Below are positions 25,061 through 39,299 of a stretch of DNA of 64,000 nt, in pieces (within the stretch, counting starts at the first letter, position 1; every line of letters begins with the position of its first letter). This DNA is from the human T2T-CHM13v2.0 reference genome, Homo sapiens. The position numbers and the translations under genes were made by a program. The notes beneath the pieces are model-generated. The model ran no database searches. It was not told the DNA's origin and saw only the letters and a program-made list of their open reading frames with translations. The stretch is from the NCBI RefSeq assembly GCF_009914755.1, contig NC_060927.1. One strand, 5' to 3'.

Positions 25061-25215
25061 TGCCACCACCCTCAGGTTAGTGACAAAAGGAGAAGGTGAG
25101 GTTAGCAGAGCCTGGGGACTGGTGTCACCTGGGAATGCTGAAACCACAGCAAGCCTGACCAATAGGACCTGAAGCTACGGAGGAGATGCATGGGCTGCTG
25201 AAGGCTCAGCTGAAG
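25061..25215 (+). repeat. displaced direct duplication, copy A (of 26452-26604)
   Basis: About 150 bp; about 8 substitutions and 2 small indels by eye. Confidence 0.95.
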
Positions 25216-26309
25216 AATTTTAGTTTTTGCTAACTTTGCATGTAACTTTTGCAATTCTCCAACTTCACAATTATTATCTTTATGAAATCCTGCCTCTTTG
25301 CAGATATTGTGATTTCTCTTTACAAGAGGCACAGACAAGGGCATTTCAATGGGACCCAATTTTGTACATGATCATTCAGAGGTGACTATTTCATTATGTT
25401 TACTTCTGCTCACCATGGTCACCCTAATTCTCTGAGGACTCTAAGAATACTCAGATTGCAAAAATGCTCTTGACTACCTCCGCTTTGCAGATAAGAAAAC
25501 TGAGGCTCACAGAAGTTACATGGCTTGCCCAAAGTCCCATTGCTTGAAAGTGCCAAACTACAGAAAGCACAATGGAAGGAAGATCAGGAGAGACGTGCCA
25601 TATCCAAAGCCCTGCAAAGGGTATGAAGGGATGGGTAAAGCTGGCAAGCAAGTGCTTTCTGTGTGCTCACTCTATTATTAATAAGTTTGTGATAATATAA
25701 TAGTAGTTATGGCAAGTAAAATGTAGCTTCTTAGTCACATGCTGAGCCATCCTTTCTCTTGGGCCCTTTATCCTATAGGTAGCAAAGAAACCTAACCGTG
25801 TCAATAGGTGATATTTCAGTCCCTCTGAGTCTAAGCAGCCTCCTTTGAGTTTCCACTGCTCCTCCCTTCTCCGCTCCAAGACGGCTATTGGATGCATGAG
25901 GAGTTTACTGTGTGCAGGTGGCAGAGGGGGAGGGAGAGGGGGACCTGCCTCTGTAGACCTGGCATCCCCTGTCCACCTGGCCACTGCCTACCCTGCTGGC
26001 ATCAGCCAAGGCTGTGGCTGCTGAGGCTTGGGATCTACACTCTCTTGGTTTATTCCAAGGGCCTGGTGATTCTCCTGCTGCTTTGCCAGGGCTGCAGCCC
26101 GGGGCTCAGTTCCCAGCCCCAGTGTCCAGACTTCTAGCCCCCATGGTGGTGATCCCTTCTAGCCAAACCTCAGCCCTCTAGGGCATGTAACACCACAAGG
26201 GCTCTGAGAATCTAGGAGTTCTCTGAAAAGACCACATGGCACTATTGCCTTCCTCAGTGGTATGTTCCACATGGGTGCCGGGTAAGAAACATTCTCCTAG
26301 ATTCCTGCT

Positions 26310-26785
26310 GGAGCCAATATTCAACCAGAAAACAGAAACTCCTTGGCGATCTAAAACAGAGGGGTTCTAGTACTGGTCAGTGGTGACACAGATGATGGAA
26401 GAGCCAAGAGGCTGAGCAGGGTGGGGTAAGACGCCCAGGATTAACAGTGGCTGCCACGACCCTCAGGCTAGAGTGACAAAAGGAGAAAGGTTAGCAGAGC
26501 CTGGGGACTGGTGTCACCTGGGAATGCTGAAACCACAGCAGACCTGACCAATAGGACCTGAAACCACGGAGGAGATGCATTGGCTGCTGAAGGCCCAGCT
26601 GAAGCAGAGAGGCAAAGGGAAATACCCCGGCCTGTCCCTTCCTCTGGCAGCCAGCCTTCCCTCAGGGCCTCCCATGAGCAGAACCTAGCTGACACGGGAG
26701 ACTGGGAAACACTGCTGGCAGCAGATGCCCAGATCCAGAGCTGGGCAAGGCAGGGGAGGGATGAGTCTGAGGGCAATGGGCCCAG
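26310..26785 (-). mobile_element. ancient MaLR LTR (MLT1M/N-like) containing duplication copy B (26452-26604)
   Basis: ttcaaccagaaaacagaaact...aaacagagggg...acacagatgatggaagagc antisense LTR motifs. Confidence 0.5.
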
Positions 26786-27704
26786 GGCAAGCACAGCCCC
26801 CAGAGGGAAACAAAAGCCCTCCTCTTGTTCTGCCTGCATAACGCACCATCTTCCCACCAAGGCTTTTGCCTAGAGAAAAGAGAACAGGACCTCTGTACTT
26901 CCCCATCTGCTCCCCGCTCTGCCTCCTGCTTCCTGTAATCCACAGGGAGCTTCCCACTCCTCTGTGTCATACTCTGTGCCTAATACAACCTTAGGGGACT
27001 TATCTCCCAAGTTGTACTCTTGAGTGGCCTAAAAGGAGTTAAAAGGTATTTTTTATCCCTAATGCCCAGGTTTTCAGACAATTGTCTTAATATGAACAAG
27101 CTGGCTTTAAGTCTCAAGTTGATCAATGACATCTTTTTCTCCTTCCTTGGGGTAATAAACCTCTTGGTTCACTTCAGCCTTAGCAGTGGAAGGCTCCAAA
27201 GGACATGATAAAGGAGGAAGTGAAAGTACATCAGCTAATAGCCCCAGAAATAGTAAACCCCTTACACTCCCACTTATGAAACGGTTCCTGTGTGACAGCA
27301 ACTGTGCCAGGAGCCAGGATTGCTGTCACTCAACCAACTCTATCATGGGGTTTCTAGCTTTGGTTCCATTTTATAGATTTGGTGCTATTGAGGCTCAGAA
27401 GGATGAATTGCCCATCCAGAATCTTAAGAAATAGAATGAGATTTGAATCCAGATCAATTTTGAATCTTCATTTCCAGCTGCTGCTTCTTCTCCCTCCTCC
27501 CCTGGTTTCCCAGTTCTTAATTCTTGTTCACAATCTCATTCCTACCCTCTTCCCTCTACCATTCCCTCTTTAGGCTTTTGGAAACTTTGATTCAAGAAAT
27601 AGAGCGGTTGGTAATAATCTCTGATGATCAGTCCGAGCTTGGCATTTTCATTTGTAAGTATAAACATTATTATTACAAAGTCTTTATTAAGCATCAGTCT
27701 GCAC

Positions 27705-28000
27705 GTGTGTCTTCACCTGGGTCCTCCCCACCCCAAAAGCAGACCCTGAGAGGGGGACTTGGGTGCAGGTGGGTTTACCTGGGAGGTGATTCCAGGGAGC
27801 CATAGTGAGGAAGAGTGAGAAGGGAGGGAGGGAAAGCCACTGGAAAATTGCCATATTGAGGTCATCACTAACAGCAGCTTGGGATAGACCTCTTGGGAGC
27901 GTAGAGGATGCTCCCAAGGCCAGAAGCTTCTCCCATAGCCGGAAGCATTCATCCACCAGCTCCCACCCCCCATGGATTGAAACTCTCCTACACCTCCAGG
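27705..28000 (-). mobile_element. ERVL-type LTR fragment (LTR40/LTR67-like)
   Basis: ccccaaaagcagaccctgagagggggacttgggtgcagg...gggaggtgattccaggga. Confidence 0.55.
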
Positions 28001-28009
28001 CTGAGCATC

Positions 28010-28433
28010 TATGGTGGGTGCCGTAGATAACCCCAGACTCACCAGCAGAGATGAAGGCTTATTTCCACAGCTGCCCTTCCAGGGGTGCTGCCTGAGAATG
28101 CCCCGAGACGCCAGCCCTCCTGGAGATGCCTCTAGTGATGAACACTGCCTCATCCAAGGCCATGCTTCCTTCCAGGGGGAAGCCCACACGCTGCTCAACA
28201 CTGGCAATATAGAAGCCTAGCCTGTCACTCTAAGTTGGGCAACTGCAGGGCCTTCCCAGCTCCAGAGCTCCTAAGGGGTCAGCACAGGCCTTTATGGGAC
28301 TGCATCACAGCTCAATTTCTTCCTCTGCCCACACCTGCCTCCATAACCGCCTTCCTCAGGGTTGACACCCAGAGCACTTCCTAATAAGCACCCTGCATGC
28401 TACTCTGCTTCCCAGAGAACCACACCAGCCACA
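28010..28433 (+). mobile_element. LTR16-like ERVL solo LTR
   Basis: 3' end cacttcctaataagcaccctgcatgcta...ctgcttcccagagaacc typical of LTR16. Confidence 0.6.
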
Positions 28434-29336
28434 GGTGTGGGGGCCACATACCTACCCTTGAGCTAGGGGAAGCCCTGGAGAAGGAAGCAGAGAACATGTG
28501 GCTGGCAGAGAGAGGCCAGGAGCACCAAGTGGCGTGAGGACTCAAGGCTCACCCAGGACTGTCCACCATACCTGTGTCTGCACTCAGGGCTGGGAGGGTG
28601 TAGGGCAGTAGCCAAGAGGCAAATGATACAGCTTGAATCAGAGCTGATTCCAAAACCACTAAACAAATCTAGATCTAACCCTATTGAAGCTAAATAGTAA
28701 TAATTATACACTGTCATTATTTTTTAGCACCTCAATGTGCCCAGGTGAAATGATGTTAATGGGAAGGAAAAGGGGAAAATTATGATTTCAAGAACAGTCA
28801 TGATGAGAACAGACATATGCCAGCGAACAAAATCCTGTGCCTTTTGTGAGCCTGACAGCTGCCTTCAGTCCTGCTGGTCTGACCCCTGTAGTGACATCAG
28901 GAAGAGTCCAGAAAGCATCAGCATTCCACTCCCACTTTCCCAGTGCAGCCAGGAAAAGGCCTAGTCACCAAGGAGGGCCTGCTTCCAGTTCTGTTTTTCC
29001 CAAGTCACTCACTGACAGGAGCTGAGGCCCATAATCAGAGGAAGCAAAAACGCTTCTCCCCTTATTGCCAAGGGAATCGCCAGGGGATGCAGAGTGGCTC
29101 CAGGAGGAAAATTATGCTGAGCTGAGGCTTAGCCATGGAGGAAGGCCCAAGGGCATCATCTATGAACGTGTACGGGGTCACCTAGGCTTTTACATGTGTA
29201 CGATGCTCGGTGTTTTGTTGTTGGGGGATTTTATAATTACCCAAATTACCTTGCTTCAACCTATTTAGCAATTCATTTAAAGGAACTCTCCTAATACGTG
29301 AAAGACCAGAAAAGACAGCTGATTAGAAATTCCAAT

Positions 29337-29685
<349 letters not shown>

Positions 29686-32614
29686 CTAATAGGGGACACA
29701 GGAATTTTCTTTTATTTGCCTAAGAACAAAAGACAAGGAAACATTATAATAATCAAAATAATCCCAGAAAAGGTAGTGGAAAAATGGACTGGACCAAGAT
29801 GATATTGAAGGACCTTCCCAATAACTGAACTGCATTCAAGGTACTTAGTCTCTTGAATGTGAGCCAGTGGCCCCTCCATGGTAAATATAAAGTTTGGGGG
29901 TCTGTGAATCCACAGATGCTCCAGATTACATATGGGGAAAGAGAGAGTCGCTTAGTAAGGCAACAAAGGTGAATAATTGTTCAAAATATCTAGTGGCATC
30001 TTCAGTCATGGTCGTTTGGCATGGAGGCAAGCGGAGTGGGATTTTCAATCTCTTTCCTCTCTTCTAAATGGAAATTAAGCTAACAGTATTCAAGGGAAGA
30101 AATGTTCACAGACTCTGAGGACCTAACGTGGCAAAAGTTAGACTCAGAATTTCCCACAGCCAAGTTTGTGGTAGTGGAAGCTTCTGGTAAAGTAGGCCTT
30201 GGGTTTTACAAAGTCAGGTACCCCTTACTAGAGGAAAGCAACATTGGGAATTATCCAGATCATCCAGAAGACAAAGGCAAAACTATGTGGTTGTCACATC
30301 ACTGCTGATGACCTTTAATGAATTCTCCAATTTACCTACCTGGGAGAGGCTTTGCATGGATTAGTCAAGCCACACAATCACTACCTAACCCTCCCTGATG
30401 GAAGGAACTGAGCCTCCCTTTAAATGAGTGTGAATTTCTGAAGGGCAAGGCCTGGGTCACTTGCCTTCAGCACACGGCCCATGCTCAGAGTCTGTTAGCT
30501 GAAAGGAAAAAGGGAAGTGGAGGCTGCCAGGAATACTCAACCTCCCCCACTCTTCCTCTTGCCACCTTACTTTCATCTTGCTCCCTACTCACAGATGACT
30601 CCGGGGCCTTGTTCCTCAAAACCATATTACCTACCATTGGGATTTGGTTTGTGTCACAATTTTTCAGATAATCATATCCAAGAGACCTCCAAAGTAAAAG
30701 GTTAGTGGCAAACACAGATGTGGAATAAATTGTACCCGTATTCCAACAGAAGAAATCCAAATCCTAAGCAATTTGAATACAAATTCAGGAGGCGAAGCGA
30801 GGGACTGTGGAGCAGAGGGGTATCCATAATGCTGGTTTTGTAAAATTTAATAAAACGTATAATTGACCTTCATTAGATTTATTCACATTACAAAAAGAAA
30901 GCATTTGCTAATGAGAAAAAGCTTTATTCCCCAAATTTCAGATCATGAATTCATTTTCCCTCTTCCTTGCTGGTTTGGCACATTTTTAAATGGCTTGGTT
31001 AAAACACTTATTAATCCTATATTAAATATCCATGACGATTAATCTCCTAAGAGCCAAGAAAAGTTGCTCCTGCTTTCTACCTCATTTTCTCCCTGACCAA
31101 AGAGTTATTTTCTCTCCCCAATGCTGCTTGTGAGCTGTATTAAAGCAGAAGAAATATACTCTAGATTAAAGGGACAAAAATAAATAAAAATAAAATGGAG
31201 ACAGTGAAAACATTTGTTAACTGGGCCACAGGCATTTTTAGGTTTCCTCCTGTGGACTTCCCATTAAGGATTATATTTAAATATGAAAAAAACAAGTTTT
31301 ATTATTAGCTGTGTAACTCATCTGTAAAATATGAAAAATAATTGTAGCTCATAAATTGTTTTGAGATTTAAATTAGTTAACCTATGTAAAGTGTATATGA
31401 TAGTGCGGAGCTCCAAAGCCTGGTTCCTCATCAGCTGTTATCATTAATTCTCCCCACTAAGTTCTCATGAGGCACTTAAGCTACTATTTTGGCACTCCTT
31501 CAAATAACATTTTAAAAAAATATCTATTCAACATTCAGTTTGTAGAGGCTGTGATAAACTAATTTTCTATTAATAAACACATATTTTTCTATGTTTAAAA
31601 TTAAAGTAACTATTCACATTGGTTATATGCAATTTTCTGGACCAGAAAAATTGGGCAGCATTAGGCTTGATTTAAATATTTAGATAATAAACCATTCCTG
31701 CCACTATACATTTTTCTGTTTCAAAATTTCAGCAACAATAGCTGCTAAACTCACCCAGAGCAGCTGGCTAGACTTGTAGTCGGTGGTCCTGCCGCTAACA
31801 TTCCACCTCTCACAAGTAAATGACAAAAACGCACAACAGAGTGCAGCCAGTCTTGGCAGTATATTTCTTCTCAAGCTCCTGCCTTCCTTGGCAGGAATGG
31901 GGCCAACTACTTTTTGTCAATTGTAACAAACCTCAATAGAGTTGAGGGAGGGAGGGTACTTTATTTCGGCTTGAGAACAATCTTCCTCCCCAACTCCCCA
32001 ACTCCCGCCCCAAAGTAAGCCCAATTTACATTTTACCAGTCACACCAGATGTCATGTTTGGAAACCTGGGTTAAGGGGCAGCACGTTTTCTGAGATATGT
32101 TTAAGTGTTCCTTCCTCTCTGGACATCTAAGCAGTTGCCCTGGTGGCCCACTCTTTAACTTAGCTTTCTGTGACCCCCAAACCAACTCCAACCTGATTAA
32201 CACTCTTTTCAAATTCTCCATTTGATTGAGCCTTATTCTTTTTGCAGAACCTTCATGTTATTTCACACAGGGCCAAAGCCACCAGTAGAAAGCAAAGAGA
32301 GGAAGGCAGAGGCTGATAGGGTCAGAACGCAAGAGCGCAGGATTTCTGGATGCAGATTTCACTCTGAGCTGGAAATGATTTGCCCTTTGGGTTCCAGTAA
32401 AATCTGTGCCATTTATCCGCCAACCTCTCAGAGGTTGCAAACTAGAGCATCTCCCTGCGGGTAGTCACCTTGACCGTGAAATGGGCAATTTCTATCCTTG
32501 TCTTATTTCGTCCTCATAGCCGCTTTGTTTCAGTTGCACCCTCCACTGAAAGAAACCCAGGTAGAGTGATTTTACCAAAATAAGGGTTTTCTTTTCCTCA
32601 TGTGATGAAAAATT

Positions 32615-33013
32615 CTAGACATGTAGCAGCCCAGGGCTGGTACAGCTGCTTAGGAATCATCAGGAACCCAAGACTGTAAACCACCATCCCTGAGCAGGTG
32701 GTTCCCAACCTCCTTGTTGAAAGATGAATGCCCTCCCCCAAAACAGCATTTGTGTTCCAGGCGAGAAGAAAGAGAAGGGCAGAGAGTAAAAGGCCTGCGC
32801 CAGTTGGGTCTGTCTCTATTTATAAGAAGCCACACCAGCAAGCTTGTGGTCATATCCCATTGGCAGGGGCTGATCATGCGATCACCGCTGGCAACAAAGG
32901 AGGCTGGGGAGTGGAGCATCTTAACTGGAACCACTGCCTTTCCAAACAAGGTCGGGGTCTTGTGGGTAAGAAAGGAGGAAGAATGGATGTAGAGGGGGAG
33001 CAGTGTCTACCAT
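32615..33013 (-). mobile_element. MLT1(J/K)-like LTR
   Basis: cccagggctggtacagctgc...catatcccattggcagg...caaaggaggctgggga...aagaaaggaggaagaatggat. Confidence 0.65.
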
Positions 33014-33452
33014 GGTACTATTATTCCTCTTTTACTGATGAGGAAACAGATTTGAAAGAGTTTCAAGACTTCTTCCAGGCATGCAGCTTGTCAGTGGCGG
33101 AGCCAGACTTCCCATTCTGGAGCTCTGTCCATACACAGTGTAGTATGGGGTGATGCAGTGAATAGGAGAAAAAATATAACCTTTGTGTTTCTCCTTCACC
33201 ATGATATAGACACAGCCTAAAAGCGAATGAGAGGAAAGACTGACCTTGTATGGCCCTGAGTAACCTCTTACAGTTATTTGCCAGTGAAGTGGGATATATT
33301 TCTGCTTTCAGCTGTTTTACCAATGGAAAAAATTTCAAGTGACTTACTCCAGCTATTAGTCAGTGGTGGCCCCAGAAGCAGCACCAGACTTTTGATGAGT
33401 TGAAGAGAGACAGGCACTTCTTGGAGACATGACCCTGCTCCATGAAAGATAC

Positions 33453-33837
33453 TGATACTTTTTGGCTCTGTGTTCCCACCCAAATCTCATGCCAAATTGT
33501 AATTCCCAATGTTCGGGGAGGGACCTGGTGGGAGGTGATTGGCTCATGGGGGTAGATTTCCTCCTTGCTATTCTCATGATAGTGAGTGAGTTCTCACATA
33601 TCTGGTTGTTTAAAAGTGTGTAGCTCTTCCCCCTTCACTCTCTCTGTCTCTTGCCACCATGTGAAGATGTGCTTGCTTCCCCTTCACCCCTCAGCCGTGA
33701 CTGCAAGTTTCCTGAGGCGTTCCCAGCCTTGCCTCCTGTACAGCCTGCAGAACTGTGCATGAGTTAAACCACTTTTCTTCCATAAATTACCCAGTCTCAG
33801 GTACTTCTTTCTAGCAGTGTGAGAATGGACTAATACA
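33453..33837 (+). mobile_element. THE1D/MSTA-like MaLR solo LTR
   Basis: tgatac...ccacccaaatctcat...cataaattacccagtctcaggta...gactaataca; perfect 5-bp TSD GATAC at 33448-33452 and 33838-33842. Confidence 0.93.
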
Positions 33838-34125
33838 GATACCCTAGAAAAACCAAAGAAGAAGAAAGCCTCTGGAGTCAATAAATATCTCCATTATTTT
33901 TATTAAATGAGATTGACACAAGAATTGAAAATTACTTCCAGGGGCAGCTGGATTTAGGTCTATGACCTTCAAAGAGGTAGGAGGTGCCCTGGCAGAATAG
34001 GCTAGAGAGCTATTTGGTTCCTTCTTCAGCAGCTCTAGGATGCCACAAATATCTGTCTGCTTTCACAGCCACATGAGCTGCACAGTGACTAAATCAGCCC
34101 CAGCACAAACCTCAGCCCTGAATTT

Positions 34126-34427
34126 TCTTCCTTTTTTTTTCTTTTTGAGAAAGGGTCTCACTCCATCGCCCAGGCTGGAGTACAATGGTGCAATCACGGC
34201 TCACTGCAACCTCAAACTCCTGGGTTCAAGTGATCCTCTAGCCTTAGCATCCCAAATACCTGGGACTTCAGGCATGCAACACCACACCCAGCAATTTTTT
34301 TTTAAATAGTAGATTCAGAGTCTCACTATATTTCCCAAGCTGATCTCAAACTCCTGGCCTCAAGTGATCCTCCTGCCTTGGCCTCCCAAAGTGCTATAAT
34401 TACAGGCCTGAGCCACCACACCCAGCC
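34126..34427 (-). mobile_element. AluJ
   Basis: agggtctcactcc, ctcctggcctcaagtgatcctcctgcc; 12-bp TSD agccctgaattt at 34114 and 34428. Confidence 0.93.
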
Positions 34428-35199
34428 AGCCCTGAATTTCTAATTTGGTTCTGTCTTCTGATCCAGATTTACTCTCCTTCTTGGCCATCTAGGCTCACCA
34501 GTTCATTGCAAAGTCTCCCGTTCGTTTTGTACTGTATATATGGGTAGCCCAGTTCTGGTCAGCAGAGTCACACATTCCAAACACAGCTCTACAGAGGTTA
34601 TCAGCTCATAAAAGTAGATCCATGGCCAAAACTACTGCACTACTCTGATGTAGCTACTCCCATTACATAGCTCTTGTCCATGAGTGTCCCAGCTACCTTC
34701 AAGCCCTTGCCTAGGTGAGGCCCTCTGCTAAACCTGACTGTTCTTCTTACCACAGTCTCCACCAGATGAATCCCTTCTCATCCTTCAGTCTCCACTTAGC
34801 TATCTCTGGCTGTCTAGAAGGGGGTTGGGATCCCCTCCAAAGGACTCTCATAGTGCCCAGTTCTGTCCAAAGTCAGAGCCAGCCACACTGTGATTAGTGG
34901 ATTTCTAGTATAATCATGTCATTTTTCATCCAAACTAGAACCCTAGAAAGAAATGTGCTATTTTTCATCCAAACTGGAACACATGGACAATGAGCATAAG
35001 CAAAAACATGTGCTCAACCCCACTGTTATCAGAGATGTTAAAATATGAAGAAGAAAGGATGTATCTTAGAATCAGTAAAATATGGCATTTAACTTTTCAA
35101 TATTCTGTTTGGACAAGTGAAACCATGCTTTTACATGGCCTTTGCAAGTATTCTGTTGTTATTGTTTGTTTATTTTGTTTTTTGTTAAATGACAGGACC

Positions 35200-36085
35200 T
35201 AGAATCAGTGAGATTTGGAGAAGCAACCACTTTGGTGCACTGCCTTGTAGGAGTAGAAATTGGTTCAGTGCATCTGGATGATATTGGACACTGTGCATCA
35301 AAAGCCTTAAAGTCATTCATGTCCTTTGACTCACTTTGACTCAACAATTCTCTCTGGACTATTCCACAATCCTATGGAAATAATCAAAGTCCTGCAAAAA
35401 TAATTCTTCATGTTCATCATAGCATTAGTAGAAAACCAGGAAGTACTTTAAATATTCAACCTATAAAGCCGATTACATTACTCTCTCTCTCTTTTTTTTT
35501 TTCCAGACAGAGTCTTGCTCCGTTGCCCAGGCTAGAGTGCAGTGGTACGATCTTGGCTCAGTGCAACCTCTCAAGTTTAAGTGATTCTCAAGCCTCAGCC
35601 TCCTGCTAGCTGGGACTACAGGCATGCACCAGCATGCCTGGCTAATTTTTGTATTTTTAGTAGAGATGGGGTTTTGCCATGTTGGCCAGGCTGCTCTTGA
35701 ACTCCTGACCTCAACTGATCCTCCAGCCTCAGCCTCCCAAAGTGCTGACATTACAAGCATAAGACACTGTGCTCGGCCCAGTGCAACTCTTTTGATACAA
35801 GGAACTATTCAAAAATTATGTCATGAAAGTTGGTTTAATGGCATGTTGTCAAGTAGGAAAAGATTTTAAAAATAATTTATACATAATTCACTTTGATTTT
35901 TAAACTGTAAAAGTAAAACTATAGATTTTTTTCTCTATATGTCAGAAAAGACTAGAGGGATATATACACCAAAATGTTTATAATAATTTTTTCCTTTATG
36001 CTTTTCAACATTTCCCAGTGGTAAACATAAATAACTTAAAATGACAAAACAACTCTAATATGTACTTTTAAGTTAAAAAAAAAAA
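35200..36085 (+). mobile_element. L1ME 3' fragment interrupted by Alu
   Basis: gcactgccttgtaggagtagaaattggttcag...ctttgactcaacaattct, decayed ORF2 end. Confidence 0.5.
35491..35778 (-). mobile_element. AluS
   Basis: gacagagtcttgctccgttgcccaggct...tttttgtatttttagtagagatgggg. Confidence 0.95.
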
Positions 36086-36377
36086 CATTTTGGATGGTGT
36101 TTCTGTGTTTCTATAATTCATCTGACTCTCAGAAAAGAGAGGTATTTTTGAAACAATCCCTTATAGGCTGGGCACTGATGTGGGGTAACAAAGCCTATAG
36201 TGTCTTGTCTTGCCAAATATTCTCTTTCTGTCATACAAAGAGCCAATGTTTTATATAAGATCATATTTTTATAGTTTTCTAAAGAAATTTTTAAGAGAAA
36301 GAATATGTTTTCATTTTGTCTTTTTTTAATGGAGCTGTACAAAATTGGCTTCAGAGCCACCTTTCATAAACATGTAG

Positions 36378-36734
36378 TGTTATGGGCCGAATATTTGCGT
36401 GTACCCAAACTTCCTGTGTTGAAATCCTAACCCCAAAGTTGATGGTATTAGGAGACAGGGCCTTTGGGAGGTAATTAGTCATAAGGGTGGAGCCCTCCTG
36501 AATGGGATTAGTGCCCTTATGAAAAAGACCCGGAAGAGCTCTCACACTTCTTTCCACCATGTGAAGATACAAGAAGTCGCAGTCTGCAACCCAGAAGAAG
36601 GCCTTCACCAGAACTGGCCATGCTGGCATCCTGATCTCAGATTCCAGCCTCCAGGACTGTGAGAAATAAATTCCTGTTGTTTATAAACCACTCAGCTTTA
36701 GTATTCTATTATAGCAGCCCAATTGACTAAGGCA
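36378..36734 (+). mobile_element. MLT1A-family solo LTR
   Basis: tgttatgggccgaat...gggattagtgcccttat...tatagcagcccaattgactaaggca. Confidence 0.9.
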
Positions 36735-36964
36735 CACAGAAAACTTGTATGTGTCTTCCAGCAGAAAAGCTGAGTCCCTCCAGGCCTTAGGGCCTAAGAT
36801 TCCAACTGCCCTGAAGGATGATGCTGTCATATCATGGTTAGTTGCAGCAATGAGAGGAGCTTTTCCAGTGCAGACCCCAATGCCTTAGCATCAAGCTTCC
36901 TGGACATCAGAGGATCTGTGCTAAGCAACAGATCAAAATTTAGGATGGGTGTTTCCCTTTGCAG

Positions 36965-37453
36965 GTTATTTCTGTTGTCTTTCACCCCCACCCTTCTATA
37001 TGCTGTTCTGTAAGTTCAGGGCTGGAAGACCGTAAACTATATTCCCAGAATCCCTGCTGGCAGGCTGTCTGTTAGGCTCGGCCAATGGAGACATTGGCTG
37101 AAGATCAATGGGAGGAGAAGAGAAGCCATCTGCTTCTGGCTCCCATATTGTGACAGTAGCTGGTGGTGCTATGGTGGCAGTAGGATTCCAGATTCAGCAG
37201 TGGAGTCAAGGCAGCCCTTTTCCACAGTTCCAGGCTTGGTCTAAGAATAATCTTCTGCGTCAGCATCTTCCCAGCACAGTGGCAGGTGTGGGCTCATGGG
37301 CAGAGCCCATACTGATCTTTGGGTAGCACTCCTTCTCCTTATTGCTCTTCCAGCCCTTCCAGGGCCGTTGTATTCAATTTTCTGTACTAAATTCTCTCTG
37401 TTTAATATACCTAGATGGTTTTCTATTTTCCTGATTGGACCATGAGTGATATA
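36965..37453 (+). mobile_element. LTR33-like ERVL solo LTR
   Basis: 3' end taaattctctctgtttaatatacctagatggttttctattttcctgattggacc. Confidence 0.65.
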
Positions 37454-38119
37454 CCGTTAATAGCTTGGATGACCAAATTCAAGGTATTTATATTTTAACA
37501 TTCTGGAAATTGATACTTTACCTCCAATACCCTTCCAAGAAATTGGAAACCCCAGTTGGAGAATCTTCAACCTCCTCCATGTTTCAAATGCTCGTTGCCT
37601 TTGGGATGGGAGCAAAGTAATGCCATGGCAACTGCTGGGTGCATAAGGGCCTGGGGGCCATAAAGGGTCTGAGTGGTTGTGTCCAGGTTATAGTCATCCA
37701 TAGTGAGGATTCCCCCTCCCCATACCCGAGACCCAGAAAAAGGACTGGACAGAAGAAACACCATTGATAACCAATAGAAATATGCCTGAGCGATAGCTGG
37801 CAGCTGCCACTGGAACTTTCTTTGTATTGGGCTTGGGAGAATGGCATATGCTGGAGGAGGGGGAGAGGAAGGGCTTACAGAGAAAAACATAGAAACTGAG
37901 AGGGTTTGAGTAGTTCGGGGGAACAGCTACATGGAATACTCTGAAAGCCTGGTCCCCCTAACAAGGAAAGTTAGCTAAACAAATCCTCTGTGTATGTATG
38001 ATTTGGGGTCTCAGAGTGGAATTCTTTCTAAAGGCATTGTTTAAAATACCATCAAAGGCCATTTTGTATCTAGGATACAGAAAACTAGCAAAGTAGTATT
38101 TAAAAGGGATAAATACCCA

Positions 38120-38122
<3 letters not shown>

Positions 38123-38169
<47 letters not shown>
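38123..38169. repeat. (CA)n microsatellite
   Basis: Perfect run of about 23 units. Confidence 0.98.
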
Positions 38170-38171
<2 letters not shown>

Positions 38172-39299
38172 CACTGGCTTCTGCTGGACTCTATCCTCCC
38201 TTCTCTCAGATTAACAGAAGAAACCCCAAGCTGGAGAGACCGGCCCATTCCCTTCGTTTTTCCTCCTGCCCAGAAGACAGTGTGGGGCTCCCCCAGTATG
38301 TGGGGCAGAAAAGAGGAGACTGGGAAAAGAGTTATGATCCAATATTGGGATAACTGAGGGCCAGTTTCAGGTCCCAGTCACTTCTATAACCCAGCAGAAT
38401 AGCATGTAGTCAGCACCCAATAAATGTTTATTGAATCAAATTTGGTCTGTGCTTCTGTGCATCTTCTCTGCAAGTCTACCAACTGGAAAGCACTTTGCAA
38501 TTTTGTTTCTGAGCCAATATACACACCATCATTTCTTTTAGCAACCTTCTGGGACTTGGATTAGCTTTGAAAAATCCACTAGCATTAGGAAGTCCTATGA
38601 AAGGGTGTGAGGATAAAGAAAGACAGTGATCGATATATTTTTGCTGACTGATGTGCAGCTCGAATGTTGATGAACAGTACCAAGTGGGCAGGTCTCATCA
38701 GACATACAACGGCAACGAAGTGGCTCACTTCTTGGGCGAGACTAACTTGAAATTGCTCTAGAAGAAAGAGGGTAGGAGATGAGCTTCCCCTTCCGAGAAG
38801 TAAATTGGCAGGGCTGACTAATTAAAGTTAAAAGCAAATGTCTGAGTCACACTTCCTGGCTTTCTGGCTCCCTCCTTTTGGTCTCCCACTTATTTCTGAA
38901 ACATGTGCTACTCCACTGGAAAACACTGCGGATAACACATTTGACACTAATGTAGACACTAATGATTTTAAGTTTCTCCAACCAAATCTGAGGATTTGTC
39001 TGTGATACAAATAAATATGTGCTTTGGGCTGTGATTTTGGATTTCCACACATTTGTTTTCTCCTTTTTTCTCTAAAGCACAAAGGTTTTCATAAATGCAG
39101 GGTGTGTGTATTGGGAGAGAGGACAATGTGGGAACTTACTGAGCCCTGAGTTATTAACATCCTGTGGGAATATGAATGTCACTGTCACTTTCCTCACAGG
39201 TAAATGGAATGGAAACTTTCAATTCTTGGTCTCACAGCACACATTTCAGAAGGAGCCTCCTTATGGTTTTGTAATTGATTTTCAAATTGTTTTTTAAGT

